DNA from: Iphione sp. A-MEVVRFRX5
Lineage: Eukaryota
Assembly: GCA_976226885.1 (NCBI GenBank)
Contig: OZ320314.1
Coordinates: 119,040,001 to 119,104,000, forward strand
Direction: 5' to 3'
Length of the DNA stretch: 64,000 nt
The position numbers and the translations under genes are program-made. Below are positions 36,714 through 50,587 of the stretch, one piece after another. The notes beneath the pieces were generated by a model, which was given only the letters and a program-made list of their open reading frames with translations, was not told the DNA's origin and ran no database searches. Within the stretch, counting starts at the first letter, position 1; the number at the start of each line of letters is the position of its first letter.

Positions 36714-36966
36714 TGCCGTTCCAAAGACGACATGTTCGGAAACAGGCCTGGAAACCTCGTCGGGTCAACAAGGTGCACAAGAGGCAGGCCTTGACCCCGT
36801 GACCTCGGAGTTCATGGAGCCGAGAAACGACGAGCAGGATGATGAGCCGGCCCTCAGCGACGAGGGCGAGTACGAGGAGCTGGAGGAGGAGGCTCTTGGA
36901 GTCTACTTCAACAACGGAGATGCCACGGCGCCCGAGTTCAATCTGATATACGTCGAAGGCTCCTCC

Positions 36967-37013
<47 letters not shown>

Positions 37014-37268
37014 TCCAGGGCAGCAGCAGCAGGTGTCCTCTGCTTCTCCAGGGAGCAGTAGTCCCGAGGGAGCGGGAACAGACATCCAGGATCTGGTGGC
37101 ACCCCCTGGTGGCCATAAGGTGAAACGTGCCGTTTCCTCCTCGTCCCCACGTGACGATGACCAAGGTGTGTCGACCAGGACATCGCTCTCCAAATTCAAC
37201 CTGCCAGACATGGAGCGTTCCCTCTCCAGACAGACCGAATGGTTGGAAGAGACCAAGGAACGCCTGGA
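36714..37268 (+). CDS. Exon of uncharacterised disordered protein gene (acidic and poly-Ser segments, start of a coiled coil); possible ATG at 36814
   Basis: Long pyrimidine tract then ctttcag|T; donor GA|gtaagt overlaps the apparent TAA; GC-rich, coding-like composition. Confidence 0.7.
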
Positions 37269-37594
37269 GTAAGTGTACCTGTTCGTTAAAAACAAAACCA
37301 AAAAAAGAAACAAAAACAAAAAAAAAAAAAAAACATGCACAGGAAAGAAACACAGGCACCTTTTTGAATATCGAAGGAAATCTGCTCACCCCAAACATAA
37401 AACTTGTAAGTTGATACAAGTTTTCCAAAATCTATTCAGGGACGATAGTGTTCAAACGTTACTTTTAACAGCAAATTAACAGATATCGTTACATTTGGAT
37501 ATTTTATTTACCCTACCTTCGCTGAAGACAGGTATTGCTCAGGTATTGGCCTTAGTTCGACATGTCGTACATTGGTTATGTTGTTCTTTTCTAG

Positions 37595-37774
37595 TTCCCT
37601 GGACAAGCAGCTGGCCAGGCTGGGCGAGGCTCTTAAAGCTGATTCACAACGTCTCCTGTCACCAGATGTCGCCGGTAACGATGACGACGTCGAGCCCCCT
37701 CTACCGGTACAGGTCCTGGATGTACTGCTTATTGCCGATAGAGGGCAGCCCAGTCCACTTGACAAGACTGAGAG
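37595..37774 (+). CDS. Exon of uncharacterised protein gene (SLDKQLARLGEALKADSQRLLS...)
   Basis: Acceptor ttttctag|T, donor AG|gtgatt; 180 nt, phase 2-2, in frame with both neighbouring exons. Confidence 0.7.
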
Positions 37775-38078
37775 GTGATTATAATTATGTGGTTTGTAAT
37801 GAAGAATTTGGTAGCGCGATTTAGCTCTCACCTCAAGAATCATACACGAGTAGACAGTTAGTCTGCACGTATCCGTATGCACGCACGTATCTTGGTATCC
37901 GAACTTATTGCTAGTCTAAAGGTTGTGTTGTTTAACCGATATGCTGTGTACAAGTAAGGTATTTGTCATGTGTACTTTATTCGTTTTATTAGTGAAAATC
38001 AAGCACGTTGAATATCATCACATTTTAAAGCTTAACTCGAGAGATATCAGTCTATATTCAGAACATATTCTGTTTCAG

Positions 38079-40800
38079 CTTGGAAAGGGACAAAGAGAGT
38101 CCATCAGGAGTCTCCAATTCAAATGGCGAGTCTGTCATCCATACTGGACTCACCACACCTCCCCATGGCATGGAGAGTTCAACTAGCAAGTCTATCAACA
38201 ATACTGGACTCACCACGCCTCCGCGTAGCTCGGAGAGTTCAACTAGCGAGTCTGTCAACCGTACTGGACTCAGCATACCTCCCCATAGCACGGAGAGTTC
38301 AACTAGTGAGTCTATCATCCATACTGGACTCACCACACCTCCCCACAGCCCGGAGAGTTCAACTAGCGAGTCTGTCATCCATACTGGACTCACCACACCT
38401 CCCCATGCCACTGAGAGAAGCAGTAAGACAGGTGTTGAAGTGGCAGAAGTCACTCTTTCTTCTCTTCCAGCCAGCCCAAAAAAATGCAAGGAGAAAAAAT
38501 CCAAGAAAATACCGCCCTCTCCTGCACCAGATCATCACCACACAGTGATTGATATCAGAATGGAGGCAGCCGTTTCCGAGCCCGTGTTTCCAACCAGCCC
38601 CTACAACAGTAACGAAGTGAATTCGCCGTCATCCACGAGTGGAAACATAGCAAACAGATTTGTCCAGCAAGCAGACATGACAACCAGCAAGCCTGACCAC
38701 CAGGATTCAAACAAAGGAGAAGGCCTGAGCGACCTCATGGTCTTCGGGGTGTCACTCCGTGGGGCTGAACCGAAATCGAGAGGTGTGAGCAAGAAATCTT
38801 CCAACTGTCCTGGGAAGACATCTAAAAGTTGTAGTAGCGGACAGAAGAACAAGAAACAAACGACGGCCCTGGCCCCGAAGGACCTTCCCGGAAAAAAGGG
38901 TGCGAAACAGTCGACCCTCTTGGACATGACAACAGGCACTGATGATGAGCGTGAGTGCGGAAAAGCTACTCGCCGATCGTCCTTGCCACCCATTTCCCAC
39001 CACGGGGGCCTCACTTATGGTGGCTCGAGCAAGTCCTGCTGCTCAAGTAATAATGTGACTGCAGATCTTCGACGTAGAAGGGTTAAAGGTTCTGTTGATA
39101 TGAGCAGTCATCTCACCAACGCGGTACCAGGGCATACAGAGACGGGTAGCACCCAGCTCCCATCGATAGTGCATTCTCCAAGCCTGAGATGCCAGGGCTA
39201 TTCTCCCAGGGATAAAGCGCAGCCAGTTGGACACTCCAGAAACCCCAATGTAAGCTCCTCGGTTTTAAGTAAGGCGAATTTCAGTGGCCAAAGCAAGGAG
39301 GGTGTGAAGCGCACTTATGGCAGTGACACCTATCAGCCTTTGGGTACCCGAGGTCAACCTTGCAAGCTGCCGCCACTGCCTACGAGCAGCTCAGCACGCA
39401 TGCGCAGCCAGGGACAGATAGTCGTGGGGATTCCGGGCGATCGGCAGCGCAGCAAGCACAGATCTGACACCAATGAGAGTCAGTCCCCACCTCAAAGCAA
39501 GCCCAACCCATACAGAAGGACACGCCCGAGCCCACTGAGCAAAAATCCACTGAGAGCACCTCACCTGCTGGATGAGCTAAACAAGGGAGTGAGAGCTACT
39601 CCTAACCCGCTCATAACCAAACCACTCCACCCCAGCCTCCCACACTGCCAGGTGGAGGCTAACCGGCCCACTCGGCTGCCACCACCAAGAGCACCTGACC
39701 TGCTGGATGAGCTAAACAAAGGAGTGAGAGCTACTCCTAACCCACTCGTAACCCAGCCACTCCACCCCAGCCTCCCACACTGCCAGGTGGAGGCTACCCG
39801 GCCCACGAGGCTGCCACCAGTGAGAGCACCTCACCTGCTGGATGAGCTAAACAAGGGAGTGAGAGCTACTCCTAACCCGCTTGTAACCCAACCTCTCGGC
39901 CCCAGCCTCCCACACTGCCAGGTGGAGGCTAACCGGCCTACCCGGCTGCCACCAGTGAGAGCACCTGACCTGCTGGATGAGCTAAACAAGGGAGTGAGAG
40001 CTGCTCCTAACCCGATCGCAACCCAGCCACTCCACCCCAGCCTCCCACACTGCCAGGTGGAGGCTACCCGGCCAACGAGGCTGCCACCAGTGAGAGCACC
40101 TGACCTGCTGGATGAGCTAAACAAGGGAGTGAGAGTTACTCCTAACCCGCTCGTAACTCAACTTCTCGGCCCCAGCCTCCCACACTGCCAGGTGGAGGCT
40201 ACCCAGCCCACCCATCTGCCACCAGTGAGAGCACCTCACCTGCTGGATAAGCTCAACAAGGGAGTGAGAGCTGCTTCTAACCCGCTCGTAACCCAGACAC
40301 TCCACCCAAGCCTCCCACACTGCCAGGTGGAGGCTACCAGGCCTGCTCGACTACAACCACAGAGAGCACCTCACCAGGTGGATGAGCTAGACAAGGGAGT
40401 GAAAGCTACTCCCAACCTGCTCCCAACCCAGCCACTCCATCCCAGCCTCCCACACTGCCAGGTGGAGGCTAGCAGGCCTGCTCAGCTACAAGCACAGAGA
40501 GCACCTCACCAGCTGAATGAGTTTGACAAGGCAGTGCCAGATGCTCCTAACCTGAGCCTAACCCAGCCACTCCATCCCAGCCTCCCACACTGCCAGGTGG
40601 AGGCTACCCGGCCTGCTCGGCTGCCACCTTTGCATTCCAGCCCGAGCAAAGCGGTTCTGCCACCAATTGATCACCCTGGTTATGGTTCCTGCCCGCCACT
40701 GACACCCTTACCAGCACCCTTGTCTTCTTTGTCACCATTGACAATTTCCTCTGCCCGCCGTGGAAAACTCCCACCACTGAATCGACGGCAGTTGTTCTGA
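38079..40800 (+). CDS. Large terminal exon of uncharacterised Pro/Ser-rich repeat protein
   Basis: Acceptor tgtttcag|C; about 907 open codons to TGA at 40798-40800; contains 60-nt and 135-nt in-frame repeats. Confidence 0.8.
38117..38410 (+). repeat. Coding 60-nt (20-aa) repeat x~5 (ESVIHTGLTTPPHxxESSTS)
   Basis: Visible in both the DNA and the translation. Confidence 0.9.
39553..40630 (+). repeat. Coding 135-nt (45-aa) repeat x8 (RAPxLLDELNKGVRATPNPLxTQPLHPSLPHCQVEAxRPTRLPPV)
   Basis: Units start at 39553, 39688 and onward; frame is preserved throughout. Confidence 0.95.
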
Positions 40801-41418
40801 GTTGTACATAAGAAGACTGTTGGTATATAAATTTACAGATCATGTGTATGATTTTATCAGCATTAGACATCATGCTGTATACTATAGAAATGGTTCAGAA
40901 ACACTAATCATACATACTCCACAATCACAGATGTGTAAATGTTAAAATGCAGTATGAAACCATCTGTTTTATTTACATATATTTATTAATATCTCAAAGT
41001 ACACATATTTGGAATTTCATACTAAAGACCATTTCAGCGTGACACCATTAAACAATTAACCCTCTAAAACAACGGCCAATATTTGACTGATATTGCATAT
41101 TGCCTCTATTGCTGTGTACAATATTTGATCAATAATATTAAAAAAAATCTGGAAAAAACTAAAATGGCTTTCTTCATAAGTTTTTGTTAGGGTAAGGTAT
41201 AATAATAGAGAACCAACAATATGTTCCATAAAAGTTGAAGCCTCTACAGTTTTGATTTACTATTCCACCAATCAAATACCTGTCTCTAACCTTTAAAATA
41301 ACAATCAGTGTCTCTGGAAAACATCGATGACCTAGAAAATTCCAGTAGAGAGGATGCACATCAAATCCTGTCCCCTTGGCAATTAATGCTTCCAAAAGAT
41401 CCACCCAAACAGTCTTTT

Positions 41419-41454
<36 letters not shown>

Positions 41455-42632
41455 CTACAGGTTCTCACACCACTGCAGTCAAATCACGTTGGCAGCAAGA
41501 CTACACTGACAGATACAGATACCTTTCATTGGGCCAGGTATTATTACGCCTTACCATTTGTACAAAAGTCCTAACATTAAACTGCAAAGTTTGCAGTTCA
41601 AATTACTGCATGATCACATGTAATTAGTATTGGATGCAAAGTCATGTGCTTACTTCACCTAAATGTGATTTTTGAACTGTGACGCTGTTAGTTGTTAACT
41701 TTATATCAAGCTCCTTGTTGTTGTTATGCACTTCTTATTGGATTTTTGAAAACCCAAAGCATTCGTTATTTCCATTTGTATTGTTCTCATGAAATGAATA
41801 GGGGATGCCAATTTACATGAAAAATGGAGGGGATTCTTCTGTTATTAGATCGAACATTAACCTGACAGGACCCATTATGTGTACGGTATGTGAAAAGGAT
41901 TTTAATGTTAAACATGTTGTCTACATCTATGGATGTAAAGACCAGAGTTACTTTTGAGAAGCATTATAAGTTCCATGAGTTCATATAAAACGGTTTGTTA
42001 TAAATGTTTATTGAATGCAAGCGTTCAGATCCATCTTCAATATCCTGCTGACACTGTCTCGATGCTAACCTATGTCCTTCTGAGGTCAAACAACATTCCA
42101 CTTGCACTAAATTCAGGCCTACTAGTCACAACATGTATTGCATGTTATATCTTACATTCTTGCTTGATATAAGGATTTAGCAACCATAGATTACTCGAGA
42201 GATAGGTATATATATTTCAAAGAGACAGTTCGAAAACAATCAGGATTTAACAAGTGAAAAAGTAGTCCAATTTGATTAGGTGCTAGGCTTACACATACAG
42301 GCTCCTAAATCATGTGTGTTGGTTTCTCCCAATCAATACACATTACCCATGTGCAAGGTTCAAACTTTTAAAATCCCAGATTTTTAAAATCGCCCTTGAA
42401 GATAAGACTAGCTTTTTTCCACCCAAAGCTGGAAATCTAACACGGAATTTACACAATAGCCCATGCAGCATCAAGCCCCCCTGGGCATGGTATGAAAAAT
42501 AACTTATTTGAGATCATCTCCAAAATGAAATATCTATACATATACTGTACATGCTACAATTATGCAGAAATGATTGCCTCTGACCGACGACGAGCCTTTC
42601 TGCTAATCGCAGTCGATACACTACTACAACAG

Positions 42633-42897
42633 TCAGTGCTTAAAGTTCTTTCCTTCGTGGAAGGTGGGCGCACAGGCTGGATGCATGTGGACTTGCATGT
42701 GACGTAGATAGAGTCGCGGCAGCACCGCCGAGTTCTCGCTGTTGCCGTTGACGTCCGAGACCACGTGGCAGCGCGGGCAGAAGTTGGACAGTTCGGCAGA
42801 CATGCGCTTGGCGCCGGGGCAGTCTTTCTCGTCGCAGACGTGGTTGCGCAGCTGCTCAGCGCGCATGACGGCCGTCGTCTGCCTCTTCCATTTCGTC
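42633..42897 (-). CDS. Bari: Homeobox gene exon 3 (TKWKRQTT...HEGKNFKH, stop)
   Basis: Acceptor ttttttgcag|G completes WYQNR-R-TKWKRQ in frame; TGA at 42633-42635; total about 290 aa. Confidence 0.88.
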
Positions 42898-44349
42898 CTG
42901 CAAAAAATCAATGCGCGGTGGAATATGAGTAAACAACACAAAACAATATAATGTTGAAAAGAAGGTTGACTGAAGACCCCTTGGGCGCTTATCCCCATGT
43001 AGGCCTACTTGGTATGTGGGTTATGAATACGTATATGTGTATGGCCCTATGGGGGTGTGCAGGCCCATAGCCAAGGGGAGGGTATCGGGGGTATCGTCCA
43101 ATATTCCCCATAAATATTTATGACTATAGGCTTTGATGGGGATAAAAAAAATTAGTTCCACCCAAAACTGCACAATTTCTCCTGCTGTGCTTCAATTTCC
43201 ATGAAATANNNNNNNNNNNNNNNNNNNNNNNNNNNNNNNNNNNNNNNNNNNNNNNNNNNNNNNNNNNNNNNNNNNNNNNNNNNNNNNNNNNNNNNNNNNN
43301 NNNNNNNNNNNNNNNNNNNNNNNNNNNNNNNNNNNNNNNNNNNNNNNNNNNNNNNNNNNNAAAATCTGTACACTAAGAAACTGGGTGTCCGTGGATGTGC
43401 CGAAAACAGCCAATTTTCCAGACTACACACGCAGTACGGAAAAATCTCTGTGCACATGGGTACCGGGCCTACATGTCTAGAATAGGAACTACGGGTAAGT
43501 ACTGACATTTGAATGATGAACATGAAACATGGATTCACATCAACATGGAGACATGTTGAGACAATTCACAGTGTACCATGGAGCTCCATGATACATGGAC
43601 ACATGGAAACCTGGCTTTAGGGTTAAAATTCAGATTAGGATAAGAACTGTGGTTAGTCATAGGGTAAGTAACAGGGTAAGGCAGAGTGTAAGAAGCCTGT
43701 ATTCTGAGAACGGACCTAAGTTCCCTTTTTTGTGATAAGATCAACGGTGGTAACATTTATTTACTCAAAGAAGACACTCACGCACTGTCATACGACACAC
43801 ACAAATTCAAGTCTGACGGACACCCCTGTGCGTGAGTCTCTGGGAAAAGATAATGTAAGAAGCTTCCCAGAGCCTCCTGCCAATATGGAAACTGGGCCTT
43901 ATGATGAAAGTTTGTTCGGATGTAATTTGGTGGATGTGTGACTTGAAAGAAATGTGGGGTTTGGCGCACGGCTCAAAGGGCTGAAGGTGTAATCTGTGTT
44001 AATGATATGAGTAAGATAACTTCTGACTTGAACAACAATTCATGATTGAGAGTGCATTGGAATGTTTATCTGTCTATGTATGTAGTAATCTGGAATGGAC
44101 CAATTGTAGAAATGTGGTTGTCAAGGATAACAGTGGGGGTAAACTTTGCCATCAGTTCCAACACTCAGGCCATGATGAATCCCCAAGCCCCATCACTTTA
44201 ATATTTAATTGTCATTAGATGGCTGAACCCAATCGCTCAGTATTCGATTTTAGGAAATACAAAATGGTGGATCTGTTGTCACTTAAATTTTTGATCACAG
44301 AAATATCATATGAAAAGAGGGTTTTAGTCATCAAAACCAACCAAAGAGA

Positions 44350-45881
44350 TTAAAAAGCATCCATAATGTTCAGTCCCTGTGGTGATATGGTGCTCAATCG
44401 ATGCATCCATTTGTTCTCTAGTCTGTTCCATAGAATCTTTGATGTCTCTAGTTTAGGTGATAGGTGTTTAAACTCTACAACACTTATGTTGAGGTTTCCT
44501 AAGCCATGTCCCACTTGATTGAAGTGCTTGGTTATCAGGTTCTTGTCAGGGTTTTTACCAATGTCGTACAAATGGCTTCTGAATCTATCTTTTATCCTCA
44601 ATTTAGTCTGCCCCACGTATGTTATACCACATGAGGTGCAGGATATGGAGTAGATTACATTACTACTATTGCAGGTAGCTTTCTCTTTTACATCGTACTC
44701 TCGTTTTGTGTGATTATTTGTTACCTTATCTGTGGTGTTTATTAGTGGGCAGTATCTGCATGTCTTTTGGTTGCAGAGATTTTGATTTTTGTTTTTTGTT
44801 TTTGCATGGTACTCTAGGAAATGTGCCCTGGTTAATGTGTCTTTCAGGTTTTTGGGTCTCCTGTATGCTATCAATAGGTCATTATTTGCAATTTCTTCCG
44901 TTGTCCTGGACTTTTTTTATATAGTCCCAATTTTTCCTTACTATTTTTTCTGTGTCATCGTTCTCGGGGTGGTAGGTGGTGATGAAGATATTTGGTTTCC
45001 TGTTTTGTGAGTTCTTTTCTGTTTTTTCTAGTAGTTTGTTTCTGTTCTGCTTTGATGCCTCATGTAGGGCGTTTGCAATTAGTTCTGTTGGATATCCCCT
45101 TAGTGTAAAGTTCTTTGCCTTTTTCAGTGAGTGTTTTATGAAATCTTCGTCTCTTTCGCATATTCTCCTGATGCGTAGGAACTGACTGTATGGTATATTC
45201 CGCTTCATGCTCCATGGATGTGCGGATTTATAATGCAAGATGCTGTTGACATCTGTGGGTTTCGTGTATAAATCTGTGTATAAGGATATCTCTTCAGTAA
45301 GTTTCACCTGGGTGTCCAGGAAATCTATCTCACTTTGTGAGGTCTTGTATGTGAACGAGATGTTCTCTGTCGCATTCTGCAACTTGTCTATGAATGTATT
45401 TAGTTTTTCTTCACCGTGTTGCCAGATCATAAAGATGTCGTCGATGAATCTGACATACATCCTGGTAGATCAATATCTAAGACCGATAGCCGAAAAACAG
45501 AAATCGTATATAAAAGACACGACTGATTTCCTCAACAAACTAAGCCACGTACAAGTGGAAAAGGGCGACTTACTAGCCACACTAGATGTGACTTCCTTAT
45601 ACACAAACATACCCAAGTTTTGGGTAAAACAGCAGTGATGAGGAAACTACATGAACACTACGGTAATAGAGAGAAACCCAACAATGAGACAATTTGCGAA
45701 TTGTTAGAGTTTGTTTAACAAAAAACAACTTCAGATTTAACGGGCTAGACTACCTCCAAGTAGGAGGTACCGCCATGGGAACACAACTAGCTCCCTCCTA
45801 TGCTAACATTTTCATGGCAGATTTCGAGGACAAGTATGTGTACACACACGAATATCAACCTAGGATGTATGTCAGATTCAT
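44350..45881 (-). mobile_element. Decayed Penelope-like element (RT plus GIY-YIG) with an inverted 5' part, in homeobox intron 2
   Basis: Minus strand: YVRFIDDIFMIW, LYTKPTD, HPWSMKRNIPYSQFLRIRRIC, AYRRPKNL, NVIYSISCTSCGITYVGQT. Plus strand 45459-45881: YIKDTTDFL, LDVTSLYTNIP, GTAMGTQLAPSYANIFM. Three frameshifts. Confidence 0.93.
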
Positions 45882-48248
45882 TGATGAGCCAGTAAGACAG
45901 TACGTTACAAGAAACAACTTTAATACTTTTAAGATAACATAACATGTACATGAAGGTGAAACATATTGAGATAATCTTGTGACAATTGAGGTAACGCTTC
46001 ACCAGCATTATGCCATGATAATATAATGCCTTTATTGTGGGATAAGATCATATTGCTACCACTTATTGCCATATAATGGAGAGACAATTCTATGTGCAGT
46101 GTGCAGATATAAGCAATGAACTTCTGAATGTGTGGATGTTAAAGTCGGGCCATGTTACTTGGTGGTGGTACTGAAGGTATCAACACTGCATGACAGTCCT
46201 AGTTGGAGTAGATGGTAATAAAACATGTAAAACTGACATGTGGGCATCACAAAGAGTATCATTTAATGGAGATCTCAGAACACTGCATGCTTACTAGGTG
46301 TTGACAGGTAACACCTGGTAAAGACATATATCAAGTAGGGTCATGACCCAGGGTCAGGGGTTAATTTGAAAATTGACCAGGAGTGATCCAGGTCACAGTC
46401 TAAAGGTGAAAGTTTGCATAAGGATTGTGAGGGGTCATGGACTACATGTGATGGTATATAACAAGCTCAATTTCTCCTCTCTTTTGGAGAGTTCTGAATA
46501 TCTAGCTTGTAAGTGTCTACTCTGCCAAATAAAGAACCAACTAATCTGGAAACCTGTGTTGTCTTGAGTTGTGTTACAAGGTAATGAAAGCTTTTGTCTC
46601 CTACATGAACAAAACTCAAGCCAATATGGAGATGTTCTTTGTATTTTCACTTCATCATTGAACAATGTGCAGTTTATATCGATAACATTTATGTTGAGTC
46701 CATTTTCCTTATACAGTTCTGACCCATATAACAGGCAACTTGACTAAATGGCCGACCCACATTCATGGTTGGTTGGTCCCGCTGAGCTTTTCTATAAAAA
46801 TCAAAGATTCAGAAAAGAGACCACCTCAGAGATGCAGGAAAATTTGGATGGTCTCACGGGTGGTCGCATTATTGAGTTGGAACTCTATTTCATAGTCAAA
46901 AAAGGGTTAAAGTCTAGATTCTAAATATTGGTGCTGTTGATAGATCATTTAATTGACAGTTCCAAACATATATAACTAGATTTAAGTCCTTCCTAAACTG
47001 ACTCCTTTATCTTACCATTGATAAGGGAGCTATCATTGTGTTTAGATGTACATGTAGTATGACGAAGGTAGGGTGACCAGGGTAAGGGACAAAATATGGA
47101 GCAGCTAATTAACCTATCCACCAAACAGTATCATTAGCAATTCCTGCGATTAAAAAACACTTTGCCAGTCACAATGTAGTGAGACATTCGTAAGTGATGC
47201 TAATAGGGAGTAAGTGGACTGTATCTGCGGGCAGATGCGATATAGGACAGTTCAAGAGTTGGCAGAAAGGACGATCATTGACTGACAAACATACAAAGAT
47301 ACTGAGAAAGTAAATTCATCTGATAGTAGATAGGCATTTGAGACAGTGCCGAGATGTTATTCCCACATACTATGGAAATCTCGACTATTCAAGCTTAGAT
47401 TAATCGAATTTTGATTTGAGAAAGAATGTGTTATTATAGACAGATTTTTATAGCGGTGGCTTGAATTGGATCAACTCTCTAGCAACATTCCGTCTTGCAT
47501 AGCAGTGTTGTACTTTAGAAGGGAAAAATAATTGAGTAAATTTGGTCAGTGATGAATACGTTGTGGAATCTTTACACAAATAGACGTACCAGTGATCTTT
47601 ACACTACCTGTATAAAACATTGCCTGAAGTAGCAACGAGCCGTCACGTTTGTAATACGCTCTATAGAAAAAACAAACTATGGTACCTACATAATTGGCAT
47701 CAGAATACAACGGCCTCAAATAATCTAAATGTGCTGTATGAAGGTTCCATTGAATTCATTAAATATTATTCACGTTTATAAACATCTCCCTTGCAATTAC
47801 TTGCCATTTGGTATTAAAATAATGAATGAAATCTATACTTACTTTTTATAGCATGAGTAGGTTTAAGATATATTATTATATGTGATAGATACAGCACGAG
47901 TAGAGCACTGTACACAAGACATTACCGCTGTATAATATTCAAGGCACAGCTGAGGATAGTACATGTAGTTACAATTGTGGGATGAGTTCCCTAAATCGCC
48001 ACAGCCTTCGACCGGGGAAATGAACACGGAAACCGGTGGCGCGAAATCCGTTGGCTGCTTCGGTCGGAATTATTATAACATCAAATAAATATAATAACGT
48101 CCAATAAATATGCACGTTAAGTCCGTTTTGGTCTAATACAGGTCTGTAAAAACGGCGTGGGGTTGGCGCCCCCACCCCGTAAACCTACATCCACAGAAAC
48201 CAGCAATACAAGCTCCCCCAACGTTCCGATCGGAATGAACAAGGAATC

Positions 48249-48254
48249 ACACAC

Positions 48255-48318
<64 letters not shown>
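48249..48318. repeat. (CA)n microsatellite in homeobox intron 2
   Basis: Seen directly. Confidence 0.95.
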
Positions 48319-48322
<4 letters not shown>

Positions 48323-49421
48323 AGGTCTATAAACTCTGTATTTGTGCTCTTCTGAAAGTCCGATGCGACGAACCGTTTTTCTATGTTCCCGAGTAGAAAT
48401 CTCAACGAAATGTCTGTATCGGACGTGCTCAGGATCGAAAGTCCGCGTGGACTCAAATAGATCCGCCAATTTGGAGAGAGCCTGCAGATACCGAACTCGG
48501 CACGTGCAGAGAAATCGCTCTCACTATATGCACTCCCTCCGAGCTCAGATACAAGAAGGTCTAGTGAAAAAGTATCTGTGTTTCTGGTAACCCGATCGAT
48601 CCTGATTTTTAAAAAGAATTTTGTGAATATCTTTAGCATGAATAAGGATGGAGACTCATACGACGCATCATTTTGTTCCTTAGATCATTAGATTTCATCA
48701 AAATCTAAGCATTAGAAGTGGTACTGCCATACATATTTGTTTTTTGCAGGATCCATTAACAATGTAGAAAAAGAAAAAAGACCCGCTGACCTACCGATCC
48801 TACTTGTCTTTTCAACATATTACCGGAATTTCTTTGGCCCAATCTTTTGCCTAAACCCCTCAACCTTGACACATACCTCCATGCCATATTATAAAATTTA
48901 AGGACCAAATTAAGAGCTAGGGGGTGGTGTAGTCTGTTTTAAATGTCCAGAGTGTGAAGATAACGGACCGGGCGTCCGACCGCTGTTTGACTCGTTCACT
49001 TTATTTGGTGACAGTGCATGTCTAGTAAATGTGGATGTGTGTGGTGAAAGTGTCTAGTACGTGTGGATGTGTGTGGAGTAACGATTGTACTTCAATCCTC
49101 GATGACCGTTCAAGTTTGAGTTTCTCTTTTTAAGCATCGGCCCTAAGGTACATTGTTAAAATATAATGTTTAGTTTTTAAACCATATTGCCTTACACTTT
49201 TTATACATATTTATAGGATTATAAAAATTACCACCACTATGGTTAAAGAAATAGATAGATGGATTGATATGTTTATAGGCATCTAACACTTTGTAACCAT
49301 GTTGTTGGTGCCTGCAGGAAAAGACATTGTTTTGATACCTAAGGATGTAAGTGAACAATGTATACAGTTACTTCAATGAGTGAATCGCCAGACACTATTA
49401 TAACTCACGAATTTACTATTT

Positions 49422-49505
49422 GTGACGTCATAATAGAGAATTCACCAATCAGACTACAGTATTTTCAGACATTGTCTGAAGAAACGGTAAACATACGTGT
49501 AGTAA
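49422..49505. repeat. Dispersed repeat end (gtgacgtcataatagag...ggtaa...gtgtagtaa); relatives at 25011-25092 and 7166-7248
   Basis: Three aligned, diverged copies. Confidence 0.6.
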
Positions 49506-49685
49506 CAGTCAATTGAAACTGTTAATGATTTAACATTCCGATTCAGTTTCCATACATCGACATGTTAATACTGTAAATATTTATTTACAGTCTAGATGAA
49601 GGTGCCCTCCGAACGATGAATTCAATGTTCCACGCTGTGCATCACATATAATATATTGATGTCTATAGATACGTGGAGAAAGTCA

Positions 49686-50240
<555 letters not shown>

Positions 50241-50587
50241 NNNNNNNNNNNNNNNNNNNNNNNNNNNNNNNNNNNNNNNNNNNNNNNNNNNNNNNNNNNN
50301 NNNNNNNNNNNNNNNNNNNNNNNNNNNNNNNNNNNNNNNNNNNNNNNNNNNNNNNNNNNNNNNNNNNNNNNNNNNNTGGGTACAATCTCGGCTACATCTT
50401 TAGTCATACGTACATTTTTAAAAGATTCAAACGAAATGTAGCGCAAGAAGTTCTCACCAATAGGATAACTACATGTACCTGTACACGTACATGTAAGGAT
50501 AAATGTATCTGATAACCCGCCGATAAAATGTCTCAAAGAAATTAACAAATTTCCCCAAATCAACAAATTTCTTCCATCAGGATATAA

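Noticed and set aside
37270-37272. TAA as the end of a 207-aa gene
   Set aside because: It overlaps a consensus GTAAGT donor, and splicing there continues in frame through two more exons.
43540-44349. Hammerhead or pseudo-LTR downstream of the intronic Penelope element
   Set aside because: No CTGANGA...GAAA core was found on the element strand, and no TSD could be identified.
6948-49431. Multiple TGACGTCA (CRE) sites as a CREB/CREM regulatory cluster
   Set aside because: At least two lie inside one dispersed repeat family, so their recurrence is not independent evidence of regulation.
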